Source: the human T2T-CHM13v2.0 reference genome, Homo sapiens
NCBI RefSeq assembly: GCF_009914755.1
Contig: NC_060942.1
Length of the DNA: 64,000 nucleotides
Direction: 5' to 3' (one strand)
The notes beneath the pieces are model-generated. The model had not been told where the DNA came from. It searched no databases and saw only the letters and a list, made by a program, of their open reading frames with translations. A program made the translations under genes and the position numbers. Positions 41,131 through 54,959 of the stretch are shown one piece after another; within the stretch, counting starts at the first letter, position 1, and each line of letters starts with the position of its first letter.

Positions 41131-41492
41131 TTGTGTGTGTGTGTGTGTGTACTTTAAGTTCTGGGATACATGTGCAGAACATGCAGGTTTGTTACATAGG
41201 TATACATGTGCCATGGTGGTTTGCTGCACCTATCAACTCTTCATGTAGGTTTTAAGCCCTGCATGCATTAGGTATTTGTCCTAATGCTCTCCCTCCCTTT
41301 GCCCACCAGCCCCTGACAGGCCCCAGTGTATGATGTTCCCCTCCCTGTGTTCTCATTGTTCAACTCCTACTTATGAATGAGAACATGCAGCACTTGGTTT
41401 TCTATTCCTGTGTTAGTTTGCTGAGAATGATGGTTTCCAGCTTCTTCCATGTCCCTGCAAAGGACATGAACTCATTCTTTTTTGTGGCTGCA
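41131..41492 (-). mobile_element. L1PA7/8-like 3' end with a (TG)n tract in place of the tail
   Basis: (TG)n then tactttaagttctgggatacatgtgcagaac...taggttttaagccctgcatgcattagg...aaggacatgaactcattc. Confidence 0.93.
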
Positions 41493-42329
41493 TTACAATA
41501 TTAATCAAAACATACATGTTTTCATTCAGAACACTGTCTCATCCTGATATTTCTTAAAAAACAAGAAGTCACCCACAATCTTAAAAGGACCAAGTAGACT
41601 GGAAGTTCATTCTCTATTCCTAGAACATTTGCACAATGAAATGATTTGCATTTCAAAGGGGAACTGCAAGATTTTACAGAAATGCACACACTGATCAAAT
41701 GTTAAGTTAAAATGATTCCTAATACAGTCAAACATTGAGGTGGGGGAAAAGGTGCTTCTTAGTGTACAAAACACTGGAAAAGGGGGCCCAGTCATTTCCA
41801 CAGAGGGATTCACAAAGCTTTTGGCACACTAAAGCTCTGAAAAACTCTGCAGTGAAGAAATCAGTTCTCTATCTCTCTTTCTCTCTACCCCAATCCTTTT
41901 AATTCTAGTGTTTTTGAAAATCATTTCTCTAAAGAACTAAATATTCTTTCTTACTGATATCTCATATCCTATAAAAAGGCAGGACTTTTTCATTTTTAAA
42001 TAGCTTTTAAAATGCATTTCAGTACAAGAATAAGTTAAACGTGCCCTTCACCCCACTTCTGTTTGTCTGAATTGGGGCATTAGGTGACTTCCTATTTGTT
42101 ATACACTGCATTAGGATAGGAAAAAAATCTTCCACTATAAGTTATACATTGACTAAATCCAGTAATGCCAGCACAAACTTTCCTAGATATTTCCATTTTA
42201 GTCTTTTATCTCCCAATAGCTTATCTATTGTTTTAGCAACTTCGAGCATTATCAGCAGGAAAATAAGATTTAATGTGCTTTCCTGAAAGGAAGAAATCCA
42301 GCGAGACAAGAAAGACAGGAGGAATACAA

Positions 42330-43165
42330 TGTAGACTTCTCCTCCTCCGTCCATGCTTGCTTTGGAAAATTCAGGTCTTGGTGTGCTCTTAACTCTGCTG
42401 CAATCACACTCCTCTCCAGCATCCTCCCTAACACACACCCTCACTATTTCACCTGGCTAATTTCCATTTGTACTTCACATCTCAGGGGAAATATTATTTC
42501 CTCAAGGTACCATCCTTAAACCCAGAAGCCTTAGATCTCCTTCTCTCAAATTTGTTCTCATAGCACAAATATATTTCCCCCATTTTGACACTAATCACAT
42601 TTAGTTATTCTTTTAAGTCTCTTTCTCTCCCTTGTCACCTGATTTTAAGAGTGGGAACAATATTTAAGTCACTGCTCATCCCAAATATTTATCACAGTTG
42701 ACTCTTGAACAACATGGTTTTGAACTGGACAGATCCACTTATACACAGATTTTCTTTCAGCTCTCCTTCCCCTGATCCAGCAAGACCAACCCCTTCTTCT
42801 CCTCAGCTCAATGAGAAGATAACAAGGATGAAGGCCTTTTGATAATCCTATTCTACTTAATGAAAAGTGAATACATTTTCTCTGCCTTAGGATTTTCTTA
42901 ATAACATCTTCTTTTCTCTAGCTTACCTCATTATAAGACTACAGTATACATAGTGTGTATAACATACAGAATATGTGTTAATCTTCAGTTGACGTTATCA
43001 GTAAGGCTTTTGGTCAACAGTGGGCTATTAGTAGTTAAATTTTTGGGGAGTCAAAAGTTACATATGGATTTCCAATTGCATGGGTGTCAGTGCCCTTAAT
43101 CTTTGCATCATCTAAGGGTCAACAGCACTTGGCAAACAAAATGTGCCCAGCAAATATCTCTCAAA
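42330..43165 (+). mobile_element. L2 3' fragment interrupted by Tigger2a
   Basis: cacctggctaattt...ttctcatagcac...; resumes after the transposon with cacttggcaaacaaaatgtgcccagcaaatat. Confidence 0.6.
42695..43125. mobile_element. Tigger2a/MER28-like element, opposite orientation to the copy at 23239
   Basis: TIRs cagttgactcttgaacaa / tctaagggtcaacag; internal ggggagtcaaaagtta. Confidence 0.9.
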
Positions 43166-45204
43166 TATGGTTGTTTCTGAAATTCCACTATAGGTATAGC
43201 TGGCTCTAGAATCAAATCTGAGAAATAGGTCAGAGTTGTCAATGAGGATGGCTTGAGATGGCCCCTTCCTCTCCTTACATCACTCTCCCCTCACCCTAAT
43301 TTTTCTCTTTTGCTCCCTCTACTTCCTTGTCTAGAGCAGGTATTGCTTGCATCTCTCCTTCAGGGCTGGATCCATCTTTCCTTCCTCTGCCAGTCATTTC
43401 CAGAGTTGTAGCCTCTGCTAACAGGTGATTGCTTTTAACCCTCTTGGCAACTGGAACTCCACAGGAAAGGTAGCATACAGGATAATTGCTCAAAAATCCC
43501 ACAGGTGAGAAAAGGATTCAGGAAATGAGAACTATACAGGAGAATTGGAGAAATGCTGAGCAAGAGGGCTCTAGGTAGAGAAAATTAAGGTGAGGTCCTT
43601 TACTTTTTAACATATGTGTTCGGGGATGGATCCCAAAGATTATTATAAATGGTACATCAAGTCAGAGAGAACACTCAACGTTACCAAAAATAAATATATT
43701 AGAGAAATAACGTTGTAAAATAATAAAAAAAATCAAAATTAGGTTTGTCCATGTCAAAGTAATATTATACTATTTGCAAGAGTCCTATACTAATTGCAAT
43801 AATATGTATTCTTAATTACCATGCAGGTAATTTTGAGTACTAATTTTAACATGGAGGGACATAAATTATGTTGACATGAACAATTTAGTAGTTCTGACTA
43901 CACAGCGTTGCTAGTTATTTTTAAGGCAAACACAGAAGGTACTTATAAAAGGGAAGGGAAGGAGAGAGTGTATAACTTAATTTACACAGATTAAGAGTTC
44001 AGATATGTGGAAAATTTAGACAGCAAATTGAAAAAGAAGGAAAAAGAATAATTCAGTGCATGACAGGTGAAAATGTGAGTATTACATAGATAACAAATTC
44101 AATTAATAGTTAAGAGGGTGGGCAAAGTATTGATAGAAACATTCTACAGAAATTTTAAAATGTGGATGCACAGATACAAAGATGGGAAACATAATTATCA
44201 AACCAAGTCTATAGTAAACTATTTTTATTTCCTGTTTAATAGACAAAAAAGGATAATTGATGGGGTTGAATTGCTAAGCAGCACACATTACAGCTTTCTC
44301 AGGATACCAAAAGATATTATTATAAAAGATAAAGTTTCCTGAACTTTCTACTTACAATTTCAAAGAAAGCTGCAGCTTCATAAATAGTAACTTCTTCCCC
44401 TCTAACACTCACCATGTGCTCTGCTGAAGATTACTCCAAATCATCATAGCAAATCCATCTGTTTGGAGAAATATTCCTTGATATCACAGAAACATTTCCC
44501 TTTCTAAATGTTGAGGATCTTAAAATTAGAATCTGCCACCAGATTGACTTTAAAATTCTTACAGTTCTAGGTGATCCCTAGAGAAGCATATAACACCTAC
44601 ACAATGGCAAAATCTAATGATATTAGTAAGTTTAAATTTTGACATAGATACTGCTAGCAAATGTTTCTAAGTAGCGAACTTTGCTAATTTCTAGCAAAGC
44701 TTTTGTGACAAGAATAGGTTCTTTTAAAAAAATTTCTTGAATAAATTTGAACAGGAAGCAAAATGGAAGAGAACAAAACCTCAGTTTATTTAGATATGAG
44801 TCCTTATTTTAGCAAGTATTTAATCAGAAAGGGAATATGTCATTTAAAACTATGAATTACCCTGCTTAATCTTTGACTATGCTAAAATGAAGTTGTTTTT
44901 TAACTTTCAAATCCCTAGAAATAGGAAACAAAAAAGATTTGTATAAGAAGATCCTGATTATGTTTTTGTATTATGGATATTTTAAGTATTATTTTTAAGT
45001 TTTACAAATAGCTGAAATAATCAGTTTTTCTCTTCTTTCCCATTTTATGTTTTTCTTTTATTTCTTTTGAAGATGTGAAACTAATTCATTAGATGAGACT
45101 CTGGGTTTTGTTAGTTACAATTTTCTTCTCTGGAAAACTCATGAAGCTGAAATTAATTCTAGCCAGTCATTCTTCAAAATAAAAAGTGAGTCTCCCAAAA
45201 CACG

Positions 45205-45372
45205 TCCTAGAGCAGAGAATGTTCAATCATGGCCGCTACACATTAGAGTAACCTGCGAAGCTTTAAAAAGCTATGGATGCCAGATGCCCTTCCTCAGATT
45301 CTCATCTCAGGAGTATGGGTATATTTTAAAAGTACACTTTAAAAGTAGTTAGGATTGATAATCACCACCCTG
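45205..45372. mobile_element. MER5-like MITE, degenerate
   Basis: gctacacattagagtaacctgcgaagctttaaaa...gatgccag...ggattgataatcacc. Confidence 0.55.
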
Positions 45373-46069
45373 GACCAGTTGTTTTCAAACTCAGGAAGGA
45401 AGGATGAGAAGGTAGACACTGAGAGTTTTTAAAGAATCATTTTCCAGATGGACAATATCCAAATGTACTCTTTTCTAAAACTGATATGCCTGAGATTATG
45501 GTTGGGATGATGGCATCGTGGTGGATTTTCTTTCCTATTTCTTACACAATCACACTTCAAAAGGTTCCTCTCACACATGCCCAGAATCTTTCAACTCAGA
45601 TGCATTGTCCTGAGGCATATAACCTCTGGAGCAGCAAACAAATAGAACATTTGAAATACTGGTAACAGGAGAAGCCTTTTTAAATCCAAGAATGATTAAT
45701 CATCCCAACCCAACTCATTAAGAGATATGTTTACTTATTAAGTTTAGATAATTATTTATCAAAATTTGAAAGATGTGTATACTTATTGGATCAACTGTGC
45801 ATTTATTGGTTACTACTTGTAATTATAGAAATACCTCATTTGAGAAAGAAAAACTAACACTTAGAGGCTTATGTAGCAGTAATATTAATAGACACCTATA
45901 TTTCTATTCATATTCACATTTGAGTTGCAGAGAAATGAGTTATGGTGATAAGTAGAAGATCTCCTAGCACAAATATACTTTACATAATGACAAAATTATG
46001 TCGGGGTAATGGAACAAAAATACAATTTGGAGAGAAATTAAAAAATGCATATTTCATATTGTTGAAGAA

Positions 46070-47165
46070 TGGTTTGTTGAGATTTGAGTTTTAACTTACA
46101 TATAATAAAATTTACATATTTTAAGTATGCAGCTTGAGAACTTTAGTAATTGTGTACAGCAATGTATCTTCCACTAAAATTAATATAGAGAACAGTTCCA
46201 TCCTCCCACCCTCTGCAGTCAATCTCCTTGCCTGATCCCTAGGAACAGGTTGGTCTGCTTTAGCTCACTACGATTTTGCAGTTTCTTGGATCTCACATAG
46301 ATGGATTCATACAGTAGGTAAGAGCATAACGTTTTCCTTTTTAACTTAGCATGATGCTTTTGGATTCAGCCATATTATAGTGTTCCTTTGAGTAATATGC
46401 CACTGTGCCTTTGTATATTCCCCAATTGATGAATTTGACTTGTTTCCTGTTCTAGATATAATGAATAATGCTACAATGAGGATTTGTGTTCAAATCATTG
46501 TGAGAATGTATGCCTTAATGTCCCTTACGTAGGAACCTACAAGTAGTATTGCTAGGTCATACACTAAATATATGTTTAGCTTTATAAGATAGTGCCATAT
46601 TGTTTTCCAAAGTGGTTTTATCATTTTGAATTCCCACCAGAAACTGATGAGAGTTCCAGTTGCTTCATATTCTCACCAGTATTTGGCACTGACAGGCTTT
46701 TTGACTTTAACCACTCTAATAGACATGTAGTGGTATCTCATTTTGGTCTTAATTTGCATTTCCTTGATGACTAATGATGCTAAGTATCTTCTCTTGGGCT
46801 TATTGAAAATTCATGTATTGAGTTTTATGAAGAGCCTGTTCAAATTCTTTTGCCCACTGGCATTTTACCTTGGTTTGTATTTGCATTATTAGAATTCCCC
46901 ATATACTCTGAATACAAGCCCATTATCAGGTATGTTTGGCAAATATTTTTTCCAAGGTGTGGCTGGCCTTTTTTCCTAGCCATGAATTTTGAAGAGCAAA
47001 GTTTTAATTTTGACAAAATCTGTTTTACTAATTATTCTTTTATGGTTCATGATTTTTACATCTTATTTAAGGAATCTCTCTCCCTGACTCAATGTCACAA
47101 AGATGGTCTCCTATGATTTCTTCAAGATTTATCATTTTAGTTCTTAGGTAAGACCTATGGTCAAT
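46070..47165 (-). mobile_element. L1MB/MC 3' fragment (~1.1 kb)
   Basis: ttacatataataaaatttacatattttaagt...gttttccaaagtggtt...ttaatttgcatttccttgatgactaatgatg...tttgaagagcaaagttttaattttga. Confidence 0.88.
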
Positions 47166-47922
47166 TTACAGAGTCCTTAAATGGTTGTTTTCAACAACTT
47201 TTTTTGAGTTTTGTCATTGTTTTGGGAGAAAAGGACTTTTTACATCCTTATTCCACTAATCTCAAAATCCAGCCCCCAAATAGTCTAATTTTAAAATATT
47301 ATCTTCTATTTGCCTGCATTGTATTTTTACAATTACTTAAGTCTGTGGTAAAAATTTTTAGGTGTCAGTAAGTACATATAGAGTTTTAAAATATTGTTTT
47401 AGGAGGTACATGAGCAAAATTGAAGATCTCCTGTAGATCATCATTTATCTCTGGTTCCTATGAAAGGCATAGGCACTACGTGGCAGTGCAGAGCCTTTGG
47501 TTGGTTGGGTTTCTGTTGTTTCTTTCTCTGGGTCATTATGATCTGCTGAAACTCTCCTAAAAGGAAGTTTATGATAAACAAGTGCAAGAAAATGTAAATT
47601 GGCTGAACTGAAAAGCTGTGATACAAAAACTTCCTTGTGATATAACATGAGAACTGCATGTCTAGGCTCATACGATTATAAAACCCTTCCATGAAACAAT
47701 ATGTGAAACCCTATGTAAGTAGACTAGAATGACAAAATCACAGGGCTTAGGGTCATCCAGACACAGCCTTGGTTTGTGGCTACATTCTTTTTATAAGCAA
47801 CTTAAAGGTCATCTGGATTTATTATTCAAAGAATACTGCCCATTCAAAAATTCTTCCTTATATTGGACTAAAAAACATGTCTGCCTCTAAGTTTCCATCC
47901 ATGAGCTCAAGTCTTAATTTCT

Positions 47923-48214
47923 TTCTTTTTTTTTTGAGATGGAGTCTCACTTGTTGCCCAGGCTGCAGTGCAGTGGCGTGATCTTGGCTCAATGCAACCT
48001 CTGCATCCCAGTTCAAGTGATTCTCCTGCTTCAGCCTCCCAAGTAGCTGAGACTACAGGCACATGCCACCATGCCCAGCTAACTTTTGTATTTTTAGTAG
48101 AGACAGGGTTTCACCATGTTGGCCAGGCTGGTCTCGAACTCCTGACCTCAAGTGATCTGCCTGCCTCGGCCTGCCAAATTGTTTGGATTACAGGCATGAG
48201 CCACCATGCCCAGC
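47923..48214 (-). mobile_element. AluS (Sx/Sz-like), full length
   Basis: Antisense dimer with perfect 14-bp TSD aagtcttaatttct (47909-47922 / 48215-48228). Confidence 0.96.
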
Positions 48215-48877
48215 AAGTCTTAATTTCTATGTGCACAAAAACAAGTTCAGTCTCTTCTTTATTTAGCATCCTTCTAATGTTTTACTATGGCTGTCATATC
48301 TCCTTTTCTCAGGCTCAGACATGCCCTGGTCTTTCAATTGTTTATTGTGCAACATGGTTTCAAGAAATATTATCACCAATTGATCTCTTCCAGAAAAGTC
48401 TAATTTGGATCTAATTCAATCTTCATATTGAGTCCCCACACTGGCTCTATCAAGTACCAATCTATTCCCTTTTGATCCTGGCCCCCTGATTCCTCGATTT
48501 GTCCCATATGTCACATCAGAGTTACCTCATGAAGCAGATTAACAAGCTTCATGTGGATCTCTGCCTCATTAGCTATGATAATGGCTGTTTAATATACACC
48601 TAGGAAAGCTATAAAATTTAACAGAGATCAAAGCAAATTCCCTCTCCTGGGTTCACAACTTTTAACCATAAACATACAAAATGAGGAGAACTAGCTTAAC
48701 AAAACACATGATAGGGCAAGGTCTATAGTTCATTTACATGCCATATGATGAGTTCAGAAACTAGCATTTATCTAGCACCAACAATACCCAAAACACTGTA
48801 TTTCATGCCTTGCTTTCTATAATCCTTATAGAAAGGTATTACTTTTTCCATATTACATATAAAAACTTGTGGAATCA

Positions 48878-49233
48878 TTCTGGTTTCAGCTCTAACATGT
48901 AATGAGCATGGATATCATCACATCCATCATTACGATAATAAAATAGCTGAACACATTGAAAATCAATGACTTCTCTTAGACCCATCAGAGAATTGAGGTC
49001 TTGGGGAAAACCACCATCCTAAAACTGAAGAGATGGGTGAATACAGAAATTCAGAGATTCATATCTAAGATCAGCTTATGTGGAGCCATCAACTGACAGA
49101 AACATTTAAGGGATAACTTTGACAAATTGCTGAGGGCAGAGTGTGGGTTGTCTGGAAAGTGAGAAACTCCTGGGGATAGGGGTGGTTGCAGTCTTAGTAT
49201 GTTTTATTTTCGGGAACCTCACCAGGTTTTCAT
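48878..49233 (+). mobile_element. Old L1M 5' end (L1M4b/L1MD-like, tentative)
   Basis: ttctggtttcagctctaacatgtaa...gctgaacacattgaaaatcaatgacttctcttagacccatcagagaattgagg. Confidence 0.6.
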
Positions 49234-51389
49234 GTATTGGATGCTATATTTTCAAGATGATTTATATAAGAAAATGAATCAATGAGAACTAGACAAGCTC
49301 TATGAATTTATAACACCCAAAAATGCAACTGTTAGTTGTGCCAAAGACTTATGGCCTTGTTTCAAGAACGCATCAGTGTCACCATAATTCTAGGATATCC
49401 AAGAACTCTAAGTAGCTATATGGGAGCCATGAGCTCAGGTTCCTACTCTTTCAGGCCTGCTACCCTCTTTCTGAACCTTGTAAAACAATGTCAATGCTTT
49501 GGAAAGTCAAGAAAAATAAGGCATTTCTAAGGGCTTTGAATTCATTTTGACAAACCACCCAAAACTTGTGGTTCTATCATGTGAATATTTAAAATCTATA
49601 ACCTTAGCACTATGACCCCTTTTATTCTAGAGTTCTCAGAATATAACAAAACTCTCTCTAGACCTGACCTGGGAGATGTTCGAGATAAGACAGCTAGTGA
49701 AGAATCCCATGTTGTTGGAGAATGATGCAGGCTGGGTGGGCACCTCTGGAGGCTTGAGGAAAGAAAATAAGTTATTTGAAAAATTTTAAGAAAATTTAAT
49801 AAACATTCAACTAGTTGATTCAGATTGGGATTGATTTTTCTTTCTTTTTTTTTTTCCTTTGAATTTTGGTTCTTTTTTGTATGGTTAACTTGTGTAATTT
49901 CTATTAAAGATTGTTTGGGAGCAGTAGTCTCATTATCTCCTTATTTTCCAGCTTAAAGGTTGATCATATTCTAGTGTTAAGCCTTCATTTTGCTGTATTT
50001 TCTATATTCCCCTATCTTTTAAATGCTCTCCTTTAAATCTCTAGTTTCTTTGTCTTAGAGTAGTGAATTTTCCCCTAGTAGATAGGTAGGATATATGTCA
50101 TTCTGTCTACATCGTCTACTAATAAAGGAGATAGGATAAGAACTGTAAGGCCAAGCTGCGTAGCTAACAGTAACTAGATAATGAAAGTTCTCAAAGAGAG
50201 AACAAGAAGAGTATATGCTAATCAAACATCTCACTGAAGAAACAAAGCCTCCAGTGATCAGCTGATTCTTTCCGTCTTTCCAGGTATTGTGTCTTTTAAT
50301 CTCTATCAAGTGAAATAGGTTGTTATTTGGGAGAGAACCAAAATTAGAAAGGGATTGTCTAGTGAGGGTAGGTTCCTTTTTCTTTTTCTATTTTTCATGT
50401 AAGCATTATTTTTAATGTCTTCACATGGCTACTATATGAATAGTAACAATACTGGATTTAGACAGATGGAATTACCACATCAGGGCTCTAAATAAATTAA
50501 ATGGGCAAATTAAATAGTTTTACTTATTAAAAAATACAGAAGAAGGTCAGTGCAGTCAGAACACATGGCAGAGATATGTAGGCATTTTAGCTTCCAGGAA
50601 TGGCAGGCATACAGACCCCAAATTTTCACTGGAAATGCACAGCTGTAGATGTTAGCATCTGAGTGAATAAGGTCCATGACAGGTTTTCTGGTGCCCAGCC
50701 ATTTTCTATAAGGCCAGATCCATAATACACATAGGCTAGTCAGGATTTCAGCCAAGGATTAGCCCATTTGAGATGGTGTACCTCATCAATCTTGGAATTA
50801 TGCAGTCAATACATGAATGGATTACAGAGCACAGTACATTTCACTCAGCATAATCACAGTTCACATTTATCACCTTCAGCTTTATTAGGCCAACACAGTT
50901 GACTATAAGTACATCTCTCAGCACTGTACAGGGGAAGAAGAACAAAGGCCAATCACCTATGCATTTCAGACTGTCCTGCCACCAGTCCTGACTGTAGTTC
51001 CCAAGGCCTATGCTGAATTTTGAGTTGTTTGTTCTTTTTTACCAAGTGGCAAATGTTTATACTTTTATTTCCATGATATGCCCACAGGCAAGATGAAACT
51101 AATATATTCCCTGAAGATTCTGAGTCAAACCAGACTTTGTCCTCCTGAATGTCACCCTAGAAACCCACAGAAGCATGCTGTGGATCCTGAAAAATGGATC
51201 CTGGTCCTCCTAAAACTCCATTAAACATTCAAAAGAGAACTAATACTCTTGGGAACCCTAGGAAAGCTGGCACAAACACATTTAGGGCTACACACAGTCA
51301 CTGAACGTATGTGTTTTCCACCAGAAAGCCATGCTCAACAAAACCCTAAACACACCTGGCAAAGAGTATTTCTCCTATTCGTGCCCAAG

Positions 51390-51555
51390 AAAATATATCT
51401 ACATTTATATCTACATCTACATTTCCATATCTACATCTATATGTATATAGCTACCTTACAGGAAGTCATATACACAGACTAACATATAACATATATGTGT
51501 TATACGATAGCTGTAATACTATGTTACTTATGTGTGTTACATATGTATGTTATAC
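51390..51555. repeat. (ATCTAC/TA/TATG) low-complexity tract
   Basis: Directly visible. Confidence 0.7.
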
Positions 51556-51575
51556 TTTTCATCATGATACCTAGG

Positions 51576-51755
51576 TGTATTAGTCTGTTCTCACAATGCT
51601 ATAAATAACTACCTGAGACTGGGTAATTTATAAAAAAAACCGGTTTAATTGACTCACAGTTCCACAGACTGTACAGGAAGCATGGCTGGGGAGGCCTCAG
51701 GAAACTTAAAATCATGGTGGCAGATAAAGGGGAAGCAGACATGTCTTCCATGGCC

Positions 51756-51793
<38 letters not shown>

Positions 51794-54079
51794 GGGAGGT
51801 GCTACCCACTTTTAAACCACCAGATCTCCTGAGAACTCACTCACTATCATGAGAACAGCAAGAGGGAAATCTACTGCCATATTACAATCACTTCCCACCA
51901 GGTCCCTCCTCCAACATTGGGGATTATAATTCAACATGAGATTTGAGTGGGAACACAAATCCAAACCATACCATTCCATCCTTGGCTCCTCCCAAATCTT
52001 ATGTCCTTCTCACATTGCAAAATACAATTAATCCTTCTCAACAGTTCCCCAAAGTCATTTCAGCATTAACTCAAAAGTCCACAGTTCAAAGTCTCATCTA
52101 AGACAAGGCAAATCCCTTCCTATGACCCTGTAAAATAAAAAATGAGTTAGTTACTTCCAAGATACAATGAGAATACAAGCCCCATGCAAGTCCAAAACCC
52201 AGTAGAGCAGTCATTAAATCTTAAAGCTCCAAGACAATCCCCTTTGACTCCCTGTCTCACATCCAGGCCACACTGATGCAAAGGGTGGGCTCCCAAGGCC
52301 TTGTGCAGCTCTGTCACTGTGGTTCCAAAAGGCTCAGCTCCCATGGCTGCTCTCAAGGGCTGGTGTTGAGTGCCTGTGGCTTTCCAGGTGTATGGTGCAA
52401 GCTGTTGGTGGAGCTACCATTCTGGGGTCTGGAGGATCATGTCCCTCTTTTCACAGCTCCACTAGGCAGTGCCCCAGTGAGGACTCTGTTTGGGGGCTCC
52501 AACCCCACATTTCCCCTCCACATTGACCAAGTAGAGGTTCTCCACGAGGCCTCTGTCCCTGCAGCAGACTTCAGCTTGGACATCCAGCCATTTCCATACA
52601 TCCTCTGAAATCTAGGTGGAGGCTCCCCAGGCTCAACTCTTGCCTGTTGTGCACCCATAGGCTTAATACCACACAGAAGCTGCCAAGGCTTATGGCTTGG
52701 ACCCTCTGAAGCAGCAGCCTGAGAGATATATGGGACCCTTTTTAGCCACGGCTGGATCTGGAGCAGCTAGGACACACAGAACAGTGTCTCAAGGTTGCGC
52801 AGGGCAGCCAGGCCCTGGACCCAGTCCATTAAACCATTCTTCCCTCCTAAGCCTGTGATGGGAGGGACTACAATGAAGGTCTTTTCTATTAACATTCAGC
52901 TCCTCTTTACTTACGCAAATTTCTGAAGCCAGTTTTAATTCCTCCAACAGAAAATAGGTTTTTCTTTTCTACCACATGGTCAGGCCACAAATTTTCCAAA
53001 CTTTTGTGCTCTGCTTCCCTTTTAAATTTAAGTTTGCATTCCAGTTTCAGATCATCTCGTTACTTGCACATATGAGATACACAGTTAGAAGCAGCCAGGC
53101 CACATCTTGAGCATTTGGCTGCTTAGAAATGCCTTCCCCCAGATACTCTAAATCATCTCTCTCAGGTTCAAAGTTCCCAATAAGTTCCTCATCTCCATCT
53201 AAGACCTCATCAGCCTGCATCTCTGTCCATATCACTATCAGTATTTTGGTCAAAACCATTCAACAAGTCTCTAGGAAGTTCCAAACTTTTCCATCTTGTC
53301 TCCTTCTGATCCCTCCGAACTGTTCCAACCTCTGCCTGTTTACCCAGTTCCAAAGCTGCTTCCAAATTTTCAGGTATCCTTATAGCAATATAAAGATACT
53401 TCTGCTACCAATTTTCCATATTACTCCATTCTCATATTGCTATAAAAAAAGAAAAGGTTTAACTGGCTCATTGTTCCACAGGCTGTACAGTAAACATGGC
53501 TGGGAAGCCCTCAAGAAATTTATGATCATAACAGACGGCAAAGGGGAAGCAGGTACATCTTACATTGCTGAAGAAGAAGGAAGAGGAAGAAGGGGGAGTT
53601 ACTACACACTTTTATTTATTATTTCTTTTTGTGATGAAGTCTCACTCTTTTCCCCAAGGCTGGAGTGCCATGGAACGATCTTGGCTCACTGTGAACTTCA
53701 CCTCCCAGGCTCAAGTGACTCTCCTGCCTAAGCCTCCTGGGTAGCTGGGACTACAGGTATGAGCCATCATGCCTGGCTAATTCTTGTATTTTTAGTAGAG
53801 ATGGGGTTTTGCCATGTTGGCCAGGCTGGTCTCCTGACCTCAGGTGATCCGCCTCCCTTGGCCTCCCAAAGTGCTGTGATTACAGGCGTGAGCCACCACG
53901 CCCCGCCGCTACACACTTTTAAACAACGAGATCTTGTAAGAACTCACTTACTGTCACTAGAACAGCAAGAAGGAAATCCACCCCTGTGATCCAATCACCT
54001 ACCACCAGGCCCCTCCTCCAAAATTGGGGGTTACAATTAAATTGAGATTTATGTGGGAGCACAAATCTAAACCCTATCA
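51576..54079 (-). mobile_element. Complete MSTA-like MaLR element: LTR 51576-51973, internal 51974-53416, LTR 53417-54079 (contains an Alu)
   Basis: Two same-orientation LTRs (gctgtacag..aagcatggc, gaactcactcac, caaatccaaaccata) around MST/THE1-int sequence; 5-bp TSD ctagg / ctaag. Confidence 0.95.
53615..53907 (-). mobile_element. AluSx-like element inserted in the MSTA 5' LTR
   Basis: Antisense Alu with perfect TSD ctacacactttta (53602-53614 / 53909-53921). Confidence 0.95.
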
Positions 54080-54959
54080 CTAAGGGATACTCTGTAACTA
54101 TTCAATACATTAGCAGTTTTAAGTTGTGCTAAGCCTCCTTGTGATATTCCTAGAAGCTTAATATTTTTTCATGCTCACAACAGGTTCAAAGAAAAAATTT
54201 TGAAACTCCAAGCGCCAGGGCCAAATCAGATGTTAACTCAGTCTCAGCTTTGCTACTAACACAAGTTCACTTTCTTCATATCTGACAAGAGAAACAGATC
54301 TCTTCAAGTAGATAATTTGGTGAGGGAATGAGTTCATCAAAACCCCATCAAGTCCCCTCAAATGACAAACCCATCACTAAAACTGAAGTAGGGGTAAAAA
54401 GGGGAGGCTGTGGGCATGTTGTACACACATTAAATTCAGAGAACTTTGAAAAGAATTGTGATGGCCAGGAATGTGCAGGTCCACATAGAGTCTGAGTTTC
54501 TGTGGCAACTTGGTCTTCTAATCACCTGCTGAAAAGACTCTTATTCTTGAAACAGCCAGATAGGCATAATTAAAGGCCTATTTTTACAAATCATTTCTGA
54601 AAGTTCAATGTCCTCTTCTTTTATTCTTTTCACTACCTTCAGCTAATTTTACTGTTATATTAATTCATATTAGGCATGAATGATTACTACATATCACTAT
54701 TCTAATACCATCGAGGTGGGCTGTTTTCAGATTTGGAAGTAGGTTATTACCCCTAAATAAAGTGCTAATCAGTAGGATATGCATGGATGTTAATTGTGAA
54801 CAGGGAGACCCTCCCAGGGATTCTTGCCTCTTAGCAAATGCACAAATGCACATATACTCTAGTCAAGAGAATAAAAATCTGTAACTAGTTACCTGGTTTT
54901 CAAAAATATTATCAAACAGTAGATTTTCATTATATTGAGAGATTAAAATATCAACCAAA

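Noticed and set aside
47968-48414. 148-aa ORF and similar ORFs at 8576, 17365, 19718, 23364, 27739, 37385, 53759
   Set aside because: Typical Alu-derived translations (e.g. [19 protein letters not shown]); not genes.
53129-53731. Longest ORF in the window (200 aa)
   Set aside because: Runs across MSTA-int, LTR and antisense Alu sequence; a chance open frame with no domain similarity.
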